This document shows positions 37,074 to 49,842 of a stretch of 64,000 nt of DNA, piece by piece. Origin of the DNA: Styela clava (lineage: Eukaryota); contig NC_135252.1 in assembly GCF_964204865.1 (NCBI RefSeq), forward strand, positions 17,112,001 through 17,176,000, written 5' to 3'. Below the pieces are notes generated by a model. The model did not search any database. It was given only the letters and a program-made list of their open reading frames with translations, and was not told the DNA's origin. A program made the translations under genes and the position numbers. Numbering within the stretch: the stretch's first letter is position 1; the number at the start of each line of letters is the position of its first letter.

Positions 37074-40000
37074 ATTTGTTTTTAATTTTCAGTTGTGTGA
37101 CACAACGACAAATCTGTCTTCATATCCTTAATTGACAATAATTTATGCAAAATTAAAATATTCGAATTAAAATATGTATTTTGTTTAATAATGTTGTTTT
37201 CTTTTCGTAGAGGTCTAAAGTTGGTCACCCTTCGGAAATTCAAAATCTGTGATTAAGGGTACACAAGCGACTGCATACCCAATCCAGATGCAAAACTGGA
37301 ACATATATTTGGTTAGATGCTTTCGCTCTGTCGTTCGACGTCAAACTTACACATAGTGCAGTACTTTCACCATTCTGCCTCAAAAGATTGCTAAATCATA
37401 GTGTGACTGCGGCACGCATGACAAATTTATTCGTTACAATTAATAATTCGGCCATGATTGTAAAGAATATCATGTTGCAATTTTCCACATCGAAATTGAA
37501 TTACTCATATACAATTATTTAATTATCAAGTTGTCATTGTTTCGAAGGTTTCAACTCTTGACTCGAATAAGTGTCGTGCGAAAATACCCACTAAACTCAA
37601 GGCGTTTTTAGATGGCTATATTCGCGAATTAAAATTTCCAGATGGGCAATGTGGTTGACTTTACATCAGCTTGGCTGCCGTCCGAGACGTTGGTATGATT
37701 ATTAATTACCAATTACGGTAATTAGGGATTATCGGAATGTTGATTGGTCGATAGCGTCGTCGGTTTTGGGCGGGAAAGCCAAGAAGGCAACGTGCTATCT
37801 TCCCACAGTCACAGCATGACGAAGAGCGGGAAGGTTGTTTTGTTCCTCAGCTACGTCGTTTCTCCTAAGAGGGTGAGTGTAATGTTTCTATTATCTTGCG
37901 CCAATTTAGCGATCTAATTTTTAACCTTTTTTAAATGATCAACTTCCAGTAGGATTGTTAATGTGTCAACATTTCGCAACCGCCTTTATTTAGGAAATTT
38001 TAATCATCTTATGGGTTAGATTTTAACAGACTGACTGCCCAATTACTCATCATTTTTTATATAATTTACATTTGAAACGAGAATAGTTACTTAGTTGACA
38101 CGAACTATCTATCTGAATACTCCCAATAAATATGTAAATAGACGTACTTTTCTCTTGGAATAAACACTTATTGCAACAAGTCTTTCTATTGTTGGGTAAA
38201 TTTTGTGAATTGCTTGCAAAATGCAGAGGGCGCATAAATTCTCTGCTACAGGTAAAAGAGTTGAGAAGAGCGTTACCAAATCACTGTTGAGCTGTATTTG
38301 TTATCGGATTGTGTAAATCGAGTTTCGCTTCAATTTATTTTATGTTCTTGCTACTTTAGGGCAGCTAAAGACAGTCCGCCAATATTTAAATTACTACATC
38401 AAAATTTTATGATTGGCTTCACATGCTGCCGTTACGTTTAATTGTACGCTCTTGTACAAAATTCTATCCAATTGAACTCGTCCAATCAAATATAAACGAG
38501 AATCGATAATTAAAATAAAGATTTGAACAAGCCAAAATAAAAGCATGAAAGCAGTATTATCGAATTTCATTTTAAACTTATAAGTAAGTATAAATTCCTC
38601 TCCTGTTAGTTATAAAGAACAAAATATATTCAGCCTCAATATACTTCGTGAAGGGGCTGATGGACGCATGCGTAATAGTTATGAATATGAAGTTAACAAA
38701 GTTCGTAAATTTTGTTGTGTTGCATGTCTCTTCGTACATGTAGTCTTATTTAGTAGACGCTAAACCTAAATTTAACATTTTTTCTTGAATTCTATTCCAA
38801 TAGGAATCCCATGTGATGGGATGGGACAGAAAACTATGTCCCATGGACAAGCCTGATAAATTCTATATAGCGAATAATATACGAAGAAACTCAAGATAAG
38901 AACCTACCCCCTTTGTGCTATTTTCTAATTGTCACTGCTATGGTATATATTCAAAAAAAAAAACGCGAGCAGCAAGAAATTTGAATCCACGATCTTAAAT
39001 CAAAATATTGTATATCTTTCTGTTACATACATACTTTCATTCAGGATTCCATAGTATTTCAAGAGGAAGAATATATTCAAGGACACGAACCTGACCAACA
39101 AAAGTAAAATATAACATTTCCTTGTATCATCCATATCAACATTATTCTGGTTATCAAGTTGGAACATGGCATATTTTTGTCTGTTTTGAAAAGAGAAGAT
39201 TTCGTGAGTTGCCCATCAACATCATTATTTTATGGGAAAACATTATAATAAATAATAGGATAAATTGAAGAAAAGAAGTAATGTGTTCTGCATTTCATGC
39301 AACTATATCACACGCTAACTCATATATTCTAAAAATACCTACTTAATATTAATTAGGGTTCATTCTTGTAATGCAGGCTTTGTTAAAATAGTTTGCCCGA
39401 TTGTGCGCGATTTTCACTTCTAAATTATGTGTTCGGGCACAGTTTTTATGCAGATTTTTTTGTAGTCTTAAATATCTCTCCTCCACATTGTGAAAAATGC
39501 TAAATAACAGTTAAAACATATTTTGCTAGAATGACTTGCTGCGGTTCGTAACTTGTTTCTCATTTTCATGATTGAAAATAACTTTTCTTGCAATTGAAAT
39601 AATCTTTCTTGCTTGAATTTTAGAAATTGGAAGATTATTCAGTTCGAGTCATAAGGAAAGATATCATGGACATATATATATATATATACATATATATTCA
39701 TGTATGAATACAGAAAAGTGAAGACGCAGTTTCTCAGCGAACAAGTATGTTGAAAGAAAACCTTTTTATGTACAATTTGGGTTTTATTATTATTTATTGT
39801 TTTATGTTTTTTGAAATATTGCTTATTCTATGACGTATGTTTGATTGAAAGTTCTGGCATTGTGGCACAAACTATAGAATAAGGATTATTCGCGACTGAG
39901 CTAATATCTAACGCTTTCTTTGTACGAACAAAACCTCCATCGTTTCCCATGAATAGATATCTGAAGTTAATTCTAAATGCATTATACGTTATTGTTGATT

Positions 40001-41014
40001 TTCTTTAAAATTAGAAAGTTTGACTCACTTTATTCCTATTTTTCCAATTTCTGTCAATACTATGATAAGTTGGTCACATTTGGAACAAACGATGTAAACT
40101 ATAAACGGCTACCTGAACATGAGTGCAATGTTTAACTCAAATATATATATAGACACACTGACTAAACGCGGTACCGGTATGCAACTTACACTGAAATCCG
40201 TTATCTGATAATTTAAAAGCTTCAAATCCATTTGCAAATATGTCCCACTGGCGCACCAATGTACATCGATGAAACCGCATAACGGAAGCCGTCCAGCACG
40301 GTGAAATAAAGTTGTTGTTTATTTAAAAAAAAAAAATTAGGAATTTCAGACCCATTAGGAGACTTATATTAATATTACGCGATCCAATCCAGCATCGATA
40401 TACTATATGTTATATGGAACGTTATCACACACTGGTTTTTAAATAATCCCACGCTTTTCTTAATCTTAATCAAGTTTCTTAATCAAACCAACAACGCAAT
40501 CGTATTATTATTATTATTTACGTTTCCGTCCAACTTGACTATAGATATTATTTATACATTTTCACTAATAATATTCTCTGTACTCCGTATTGGCCTGGTT
40601 ACAATCCATCTGGCACTGATCAATTACGAAAATAAATCAATGACAGGGAGCCTGTTTTTATTGATGCTTACCCACGCGCTTAGTAACAAAATAATGAATT
40701 GATAGAAAAGAATACTCGTAAGACTTAGGTAGAAACCATTTTGTTCTGGGAAACGTCAAGCATATTTTTACCATATGAAAAACATCAATTAACGTCAACT
40801 AATATGACAACGCTAAATTTAATATTAGTTACCCACCCAAAGTCTGATTGCGTAAGAATATTTCCATGTCTGATAAAATATAATGAACGTTAATTTGGCA
40901 TAGACTTAAACAGCATTTACTACAATCTGGAATCGCAGATTCTCAGATATTCGAAATTACTACTTCCAGCTCTGTAGGAATTCCGTATACGTAGCCAGCC
41001 CAAAGTTTTGGTGG

Positions 41015-41090
41015 GGGACAAATATCGTAATTTTAAGCAATGACATTGGGTTTGGGACACCACTTGAAGCAGAAAAAGATCACATTTGAT
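41015..41090 (+). repeat. Short dispersed repeat, second copy at about 42262-42340
   Basis: gggacaaatatcgtaattttaagcaatga.attg.gtttg.gacaccactt...gcagaaaa...cacatttgat occurs twice. Confidence 0.7.
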
Positions 41091-43447
41091 CGTCATGTCT
41101 TCATCCGTTTCATACAGGAAGAGGAGGCTCAGTCTCGGCAGTTGTCGCTTGTGGCATCATAGCGATCAATTGTTTTACTACGATTTATTCTCACTTTACT
41201 GCAGGTTTTTCAAGAACTTTATAATTCAGAATTTTCTCTCGCTTTGAAATAGATTGAAGAGAAACAAAGTAAGTACGACTATGTTTTCATATTGTTTGCT
41301 ATCCGTGTTGAAACACACAAAAGCGCAAAGTATCGACAGAAAAATTGATAAAACATAACTTTGCATTTTAAATATATATTTTCAGTTATTTTCTTTATAT
41401 ATATATATCTATACATTTGATAAAAGACTTTTATTGGTCATAACAGTAAAAAAATTATTTCTTCGCATAACATATTTGTCAGCAAAGCTACTGGTCGCAA
41501 AATATTATTAATAATAAATAATTGTTAGATATATATATTTGCCTTCAGCGTTCGAAAGATAATTTAAGCAAGTCTGTTAGCTCAGATCTACATGGGTACC
41601 GTGAATAAAGTAGGCCCACTGTATTGCTATCAAATTTAAGATTTTACAGGTAAAATATACTCTTAATAATTTAATAACTGCTTTATAATTTTGGTGGCAG
41701 GAGAACAATGACACAATTACAACGACAGAAAAGAAGAAGCGTCAAAAGCATTTATTTTTGATTCACATATATATTGGTTTCTGTGTTTTCTTGTTTTGTA
41801 TTGGTTTACTTCTTTATATTGTTGCGCATGCTGCGTTGGCGGCTCGCTTATTTTGGCTAGGATGAAGTTTTGTCTCGGTTCCCGCACCGCCATCATTACG
41901 AGTTTTGAACTCCATCCTTGCTCCCCTCAAAGGTATTGCACTGTTTGACGTTTTTACCATTTTTGTCTTGTGGGGGAATGTGAGAATTAGAGGTCTGGCC
42001 CCGAGGCATTTAAAAAGCACTCGCTCTTAGACTTTCGGTGGAGGGAATTTCAACTTCCGAATTAACTCACCCGAAGACCGAATTTTGACTTGAAACATGA
42101 AAGCTTTAAGGACGCTCAGTTAGTGATAACCTCTGTCTAGACCAGAGGTTTCGACTTTGTTTACCGCCGTTAGGAAAGTTTGGAATTGTAGACTCTCATA
42201 TATTCAACATTACTACTCACAGCTCCCTAGAGATTCCGCATACGTAGCATCCTTGGGATGAGGGACAAATATCGTAATTTTAAGCAATGATATTGAGTTT
42301 GAGACACCACTTCTTTGGGCAGAAAACTACCACATTTGATAAACGAGAGAGCTGTGCTCAAATATATGGACACGTCCCAAGGTGTCGCTATTTTTTATTC
42401 TGACACATAAAAAACAAATCTCTTGAAGTCCACAGAAATTTTTGAAATAAGTAAAAGTAATAGCCTTCTGGCAAAAAAACTATCTTTAACCACTGAAAAT
42501 TCCAAAGAAATTGGTCCAGTATTCAAAGAGAAAAGCGATTTCATCATGACGAAAGAGGAGACTAACAAGAACAACAACATGATATTGAAACGATCGTTAT
42601 GCACACTGACGTGTCCAATAAGCAAACCAATTAGACAACTACTCTGCTCCATATTTCCAAAAATAGACCTAGCCACAGTTTGAAGCCCCACTATTCTCCT
42701 CGGTTACCAATTCACGATGACGGTGCAGCACACATAAATCAGAAAGGCAAGCTGAACCGATTAGAGCAGCTCAAGCCGTTGACATTCGCACAGACGTCGT
42801 CTCGTTTAACAACTCTGCTACTCTGGTCTCTGAGCATCGTTAGATTTTTCAAGCCATCTGTGTTCCTAGGTTTCCTGTAAATGAAGTGTGCCCGCGAGTG
42901 GTTCCATTAGTGCCGAATACACTTTAAAAAAAAATAACAGAAGAATCTTTTTCCAGAGTAGATTTCAGAAGGGAAATACTTCGCCCTCGTCTCACTGTTG
43001 GCATCTCTCACCCAGAAATCAAGAGACTCAAGTAGCCTACTCGTTTGAAGTCGCATTTGAAGATTCGGATACTCTTGTACTTTCCCAGATTATCTGGCGA
43101 GGGAGAAAAGGAGATGGTAAACTCGCGCCTTTCAGGCTCCTCGCAATGCGTGCCATTGTTGTTGCGTCTGTCCAAAGCTTCTGCAAATCGTATGCCAGAG
43201 AGGTGGCAAAAGATATTTGATTAAATTGTTTTTTAAATTAAATAAATTAATTTAAATTAAATTTCATTATGTATTAAAATGAGTATGCATGAGTGGGCGA
43301 TTTAACAATATAATAGTTCGCGCCAATGGAACATTTGTTAGGTTAATTGCGAAACTTTTATTTTTTTTCAATGGACATTGTGCAAAGTCGTGATGGGAGA
43401 TTTGCTCTGCGGAAGCACATTGAAACAGTTTTCCGTGAGACTTTTTG

Positions 43448-43522
43448 TAACAGAACCGGCTGAAAAATATGACTTTTGTGATGAAACTGGCTGACAAAAA
43501 AAAAAATTGAATCCCACCACTG
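43448..43522. mobile_element. Right-end fragment of the MITE at 49023-49161
   Basis: taacagaaccggctga...ggctgacaaaaa..ttgaatcccaccactg. Confidence 0.7.
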
Positions 43523-45251
43523 ACTGAAATCAATTTTATTTATCTTAATTATTTTTGTACAATGTGTACTTTCGGTTTGTGATAAAATAAACTACTGACT
43601 GACTGGGCTATATTATATATTTGGGTAATTTACAGTTTAATCAACACGCATGAGGTGAACGATTGGTTGATGGTGTTAGCGTGGAAAGATTCTTCCTATA
43701 CTTAATGAGCATATATGCTATGTTCATTGCTATACTTTATCCTTGCAAAATTTTCAACGCTGATTTTGAGAGTGTTTCGGAAAGTTAGCGCTTACAAATT
43801 GGCTCACAATTCAAAACAATAAACCACGTGGCGCTTATAGGTACTTATAGCTAAGTTTGGACTAGTCTATCGTAGCGTTCGCGGTATCAAAATTGATTAT
43901 TGCACCTAAACTAAAGGTCATGAGAAGACATATTGACAATTAAGTTATTTATTTACAACTATATTTTGGATAAATAACTAAAAACAGACGAATAACTCGC
44001 AAAACTTTCAAAAATATCGAATGTTTACAATCAGGCTCGAATATCTGTCTGAGCGAAAGAAGTTGCTGAGCGGCGGCATAAGTTTCAATTGTTACACCTT
44101 TGTAAACTTATTGCTGATTTGCAATTGTTATGGAAATGAACAAGGAAATCGGTGCTCGGGGAAACGACTGAAATATGTGTTAGATTTTACATTCACTAGG
44201 TCGCGCAAAATGTTATTTTTAAATGGTGGTTCCCCGCGAAGACGCGTCCGTTGATTTCACTGGCGAATGGCATGAATCGTTGCAAGATATCTGTAGCAAG
44301 AATACGAGTAACTTCGAAACTGTACCGGTACGGTTGCTGCAGTACCACGGTATACAAAAACTACAGGTAACTTACAGGTAATCAAATCAAACACATGGAA
44401 TTATTTTTAATTAGGCACAGTCTATTTGCAATGCCACTCCCTCCTAACTTTAGCATAGAATAATATATACAGATATAATAAAATAATAGTAAATAATTTG
44501 AAGAGTTGTGATAAAAAAGTGTTTCTTCAGATCTTAGAGATGGTAGTTCGAGAGGAGCTTGTTCAGACATACATTGTAATATTGGCTAATACTGTAACAA
44601 TACAAAAACTTTTAATTATAAACCAACGCAGCAATGTCTGAATGCTGGAATGTGGGACATTCTATCAATAAAAGTTAAACCAAGGATTAGACATATTACT
44701 GGATATGATTTATGTGTACCAGAATTTATATCTCATTTATTTCAAAACTGTGCTTTTACACAAAATGTGTATGATTATGTTTTTTCTGTTGTATTACTGT
44801 ATTCAAAATAAATGCAGTTATTTTTAAAAGTGTCATAGCAAGAATTAGAAAATCCTTTTAGGCAAGGAGAAATATAGAACAATTGAGACAACAACCTAAT
44901 TTCATAGAAGAGCTTGACATAATATGTAACAACCTATGACTTTTTCTGCTATCTATAATTAAAAAACATGAAAAAATAATTTAAATATACTGATAAACAT
45001 GGTGAATTTCATCTGGAATCAACAATGGAACACTATGGATTACTTGACAATACTGAATGAACATATAGAATAACTGAGATCTTTGTTCATGTATATATTT
45101 GTTTGTTTTTTGTATGTAACTTTATGTATATAATTTATTTATCATTATCATTTATTTATTTGAAAATAATATAAATACTGAAAAAACAGACAGAAAGATT
45201 TATATGTCACTAATTCGTAGTTAGGAATATTATTTAGTTTTTCTAGCCAAA

Positions 45252-46367
45252 ATGAACCAATCATTAGTGTTGCCTGATAACAAAGCGACTCAGTTTCTCG
45301 ATATACTCAATTCACTTGGTTGTCCATACACACAAGATGTGGAAGCTTCGTATATGAGTGAACTTCTTCTGAGTCAAGGAGAGCACAGGATTCATCTACT
45401 TCTATGGATATTTGGTGGAATTCATCCAAATGTTGAAAAGATTGTTGGAGCTCAGGATATCATTATGAGACAACAATCTGATCTTGGAGTGGATAAAAGG
45501 ATTCAGTTGTTAACAAGTTTAGCATCATTTTTCGGCTTATGTAGACCGGAAGATTTGGATCTTATCAGAGGTCGTGCAACATTAAACAAACAGGTTTCCT
45601 TTTGGAATAAATTGTTTGACATAACCAGACCTTGTACGAAGGGTACTCATGAAGCTGACAATGAGATCATGGATATTTTAACAAACCCAAATCAAAATAT
45701 GATAGTACAGTCGACATCCAAACAACTCGATCTCTTGCCTCATAACCTCAAAAAAGAAATGTCAATGGTTTTAACAACTCAAAAGAAGTCAAAACCTGGA
45801 TTTCAAGAGATTGAAAAGCATTTTGAAAAAGTACAAGAAAATCTTGAACACTACGAAAATAAATTGTCAGGATTATTGAAAGATGTAAAATATACGAATC
45901 CTGATGATAAAACAGCTCAAAGCAGTATAGCTTGTACCCTTAGTCTTACTTTGAATGATTTGGATCAAATGTTAACAACATTTGAACAAGTTTTTGCCAA
46001 TAATTATCTTCCTTACTGCAATAAACACAAAGAACAATTTGGAAATCTAGGATCTGTTGTACAGATTGTCAATAAACAACTAATTTATGTTGTTCAGACC
46101 TTTGAGAATCTCCAAAGCATACAACAATCAATTGACGCCACTGTAGAATGTTTCAAAAACTGGCCGAAAATGAAAGAAAAAGTTGCAGGATTTACGTCAA
46201 CAATTGAATCATTTTTGTATGATTCACTTCAATGTCTAGATAAATTATCACAAACTGGGAATATAGAATCTATGTTGGAGAACGGCTCAAATACACACAT
46301 TCATGCAGAAAGCAATTCAGTATCGAAATTGCATGATACCATATCTGAAATATCTACAATAAAGTGA
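45252..46367 (+). CDS. HAUS7: HAUS augmin-like complex subunit 7, intronless CDS
   Basis: 371 aa; N-terminal LNSLGCPY..ELLLSQGEHRIHLLLWI..HP..RIQLL...GLCRPEDLDLIRGRATLNKQVSFWNKLFDI matches the HAUS7 pattern (LxCPF..ELL.SP.EYRLEILEW..LCAPDDQELLKG....KQLHFMDQLLD), followed by coiled coil. Confidence 0.85.
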   Translation: MNQSLVLPDNKATQFLDILNSLGCPYTQDVEASYMSELLLSQGEHRIHLLLWIFGGIHPNVEKIVGAQDIIMRQQSDLGVDKRIQLLTSLASFFGLCRPEDLDLIRGRATLNKQVSFWNKLFDITRPCTKGTHEADNEIMDILTNPNQNMIVQSTSKQLDLLPHNLKKEMSMVLTTQKKSKPGFQEIEKHFEKVQENLEHYENKLSGLLKDVKYTNPDDKTAQSSIACTLSLTLNDLDQMLTTFEQVFANNYLPYCNKHKEQFGNLGSVVQIVNKQLIYVVQTFENLQSIQQSIDATVECFKNWPKMKEKVAGFTSTIESFLYDSLQCLDKLSQTGNIESMLENGSNTHIHAESNSVSKLHDTISEISTIK

Positions 46368-46736
46368 TTTGTTTGATTCATTCTGCTTGCTGATTGTAAA
46401 TTCTCATAAAAATTTGATAATACTTGTCTTTCAATATGAAGTTATTGTCGAATTGCTATTATTGATAAGTGAGAATGCTGTTTGGTCTATATTCATTTAA
46501 TATTCTGACTATGTTTCCCATACAATTTACCCTTTCGAAATCTGTCATTGGTTTTCTTGTCAAAATAGAATTGTTTATGGTTCGATATTTCATATATAAA
46601 TAGCCATTATTAACCTTAGGCTTAGAGTGCTCTATATATGTATACGTATTCTGTATATATATTGTGTGGACAAAATCAATGTAGGCTATTTACTTTTTGA
46701 TATTTTTTAAGGTTATTAAGTCAACTGCTGCTTACA

Positions 46737-48544
46737 ATGTTAAGTTTGTTTAAAAATCTTACACAATGTCAGTATACAAAAATTGGTTGCATATGTAATG
46801 CTATAATTACCTCCAAGCTCAATTTGGGTACTGCACAATCTATGTTTTCATCACAAGAAGAACGCCATGTAAAAAAAATCAATTTGAATAACAAACAATT
46901 CAAAGATTGGTCTCAGGAAGATTTGGCAATGATGACAGAGACAGAGAACTGTATTCCACTAGTAGAGGCAATTATGAGCAGTCCTCTTTTTATAGAAGAT
47001 TGGGAGAAAATGCCAAAAAGTAATCTAGATAAATATGCAATAATGTCTGATGCGTTTTCTCATGAAAGCATCCAGAGTGTGAACGTTATTTTGAAGAACA
47101 CTGTAGATCCGATGAGAGAAGTAATTTTGAATCAATGGAAAAAGAAAATGATAAACAAATTGGGAGAAAATGGATTTTCGGACTACCAAAATAATAGCAT
47201 GAAAGGGGGACGTTGTTTTCACAAATTGCTCCAAGATTATTTAAGGAAAGAAATCTCAATAGAAGGTATGTGTAACTAAGTTTATCTTAATTGCTGCTTC
47301 ATATATGAATAAACATACAGAGTTGTTATGCCTCTTTTCATGTTTTTTTTTACTGCCTTGTATAGCTGAACTTAATTTGTCACCAGCATTGCAATTTTAA
47401 AAAGGCTCCTGTTTGTCGATTTCTGTCTGCCTTTGAGTGAGTCGAATCCTCTGTGGAGTGGCTTTTTACTAATTGATGTCTCAACTCTTCATTGTCCAGG
47501 GTGGTTCGCATAAGCACGGCTTTCATTCAAATCTTTCTTCTGCCATCTTATCACCATAACATCCCAGAAAAAATCTATTCTATTCATTTTTGTCTCGTGA
47601 AGGTGGTTAACAGCTTGAGATATGTCTGGGATTTTTTCCTAACACATTATTATATTTTTTGAAATTTTAAAGTAAAAGAATAAATGTGTATCACACTGAA
47701 ATAAAGCAGTGTTATACTGTGTGATGAATCAGGCAGAACCATTTAATATGTAGGTATTTGAGGTCAACAATATTATAATTGTTAACTACTACTGTATTTT
47801 GCCATTTCAAACCATTATCTGGCTAGTCTGGGAGAGGTGACCAGAGTTCATATCATTAAGTGTCTTATTCAACTGAATTATGTGCGAGAGAAATAATGGA
47901 TTTTTCACTGCCATAGGGTGGTATAAATAACTGCTGATCGGTTACAGCACAGTCAAGTCTGTGCATCTGAAACGAATAACTGGCTAGCTAATCCTTACCT
48001 GACATGGACTGGTAAGCGGAGAAGATACCGTGGTACGCCACATGATTAAGCCGTCTTATCGGCTTTTCTCTTGCCCAGGATAAAAATGATATCTTGTCCT
48101 ATTTTTTAAGGTGATGGATCGGATGAGTGGAACAGTGTGAAACCAATTCTGCATGAAATTCCTCCTGAGAGTGCTCATAGTGTGGAAGCCAATGTGATTC
48201 ATCCAAAGTTGTTCTACAGTGGAAGATTGGATTGTGTCGTAGAATATAAAAACAAACTATGCATTATAGACTGGAAATTAGCTTCCAAGCGAAAGGACAA
48301 TTTGAAGGATTTATATGACGTTCCCTATCAGGTTGCGGCATATGTTGGGGCCTTCAATATACTTAACGACTCTTCTACACAAGTTTCTAATGCAATCATT
48401 GTTAGAGGTTATCGGAATGGATCGCCAGCCAGCGTTCACTATTTAAATGACTTTGCAATAGAATTTTATTGGAAAGGGTGGCTGAGAAAGCTTGCCAGAA
48501 ACCATGCAAGACAACTTAGTGCTCAATTGTCACAAGATAGTTGA
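46737..48544 (+). CDS. MGME1: Mitochondrial genome maintenance exonuclease 1, 2 coding exons (46737-47265, 48111-48544)
   Basis: SVNVIL..LNQWKKKMINKLGENGF..GRCFH; HPKLFYSGRLDCVVEYKNKLCIIDWK (PD-(D/E)XK); PYQVAAYVGAFN; phase-1 GT-AG intron; N-terminus resembles a mitochondrial presequence. Confidence 0.93.
47878..48101 (+). mobile_element. SINE-like repeat in the MGME1 intron
   Basis: Diverged copy of 21137-21369 in the opposite orientation. Confidence 0.65.
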
Positions 48545-49022
48545 TGATACTTTACGAAAATTTTTGTTTTGAGATTCAATGGTTGAAATATTCTACGTTT
48601 TTTTATCGAATTTTAATAAGAAGTCCTGCAAACTGGCACAAACTTATGTTGAGGAGCAACGATGGATTTCTAACATATCATGCACTGCTGGGTGGAGTTA
48701 TCAAAACTAAGTCAATTTGTTTAGAACAATAATAACCTTATCAGTTAATATATTTCTAATTACAAATATTAACCTGAATTTGAGAGTCTAGTTACCGCCA
48801 TGTTTTGCAATTTAAGAGCCTTGATGCCAAGACCACCCTGTGCTCATGTTCACCTGATATTGATTGCAATGTGATCAAATAGCTGAATAACAGCCTACTG
48901 TGATTTGCTCATGAATCTGCCATCTTCATCTTTTATATTATAATGAAGGTTTCTTAAAAAGTTTTTGATAACAAAGTATGAAATTGTGTAAGTTGGATCA
49001 GGATGGATGGATTTGTTATATC

Positions 49023-49161
49023 CAGTGGTGGGATTCATACGGTTCTATAGAAACGTCTCACAGAATTTTAAGAGATCAGCGAACCAGTTAGAATTAATGG
49101 TTACTGTCAATGTTCTATTTATAACAGAACCGGCTGACAAAAAACTTGAATCCCACCACTG
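49023..49161. mobile_element. hAT-type MITE, apparently young
   Basis: Perfect 14-bp TIRs cagtggtgggattc / gaatcccaccactg and perfect 8-bp TSD gttatatc. Confidence 0.9.
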
Positions 49162-49842
49162 GTTATATCCCCCAACAGTGGGCGGTTAATTTATCCTTGG
49201 GGAGAGAAGGTAATAAAACGATGAATATTGCATAAGCACTGGTAGTAGTCCCAGGGTGAGGGTGGTTGAGGGTCGGAACCTCATAGTAATTCTTCGTAGC
49301 TTGGAACACCTTTTTGGATTCCAAGACTTGTGAACACCCACTTTTTCCAGCCGGACTAGCTAGCTGTTGTGGTCGGACTTGGCAATTTCAGAACCTTACT
49401 TTAAAGATTCCGAGCTACACCTCTGCCCGAATCCATGATGGAAGAAGCTCTATTATCAGTGATAACCTATACTAAATATGATTTGAAAAAGTTCGTCCAT
49501 GTGAGTAGGCGTTAAGGTAATAATGACCCGCTGACGCCATAACAATTTGTTAAGCATAAGGTGGAACAGTATAAGTTGGAAACTCTCTAATTGGCTTGTG
49601 ACAGTACAACCAACTGGGCCTTATTTGCGCAGCAACCGGTCCAGATTATATAACGTGGTTGCTGTTCAGGAGGATTATATGAGCACGGATTGAAATCCAG
49701 ACTTTGAAAACGGTTAAAGATATGAAGGTTTCTATAAGTCAGACCAAACTCTTGCCACTTTTTTAACACTATTTTACTACAGAACATCCACAAAAATTCG
49801 AAAAATATTCTTTATTTAGAAAGAAAAGAATAGAAACCTTTT

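Noticed and set aside
42395-43220. Run of 66-110 aa ORFs in slightly GC-richer DNA
   Set aside because: No recognisable domain in the frames I read, mostly non-ATG starts and no consistent splice pattern. It may be a decayed element, but I cannot support a call.
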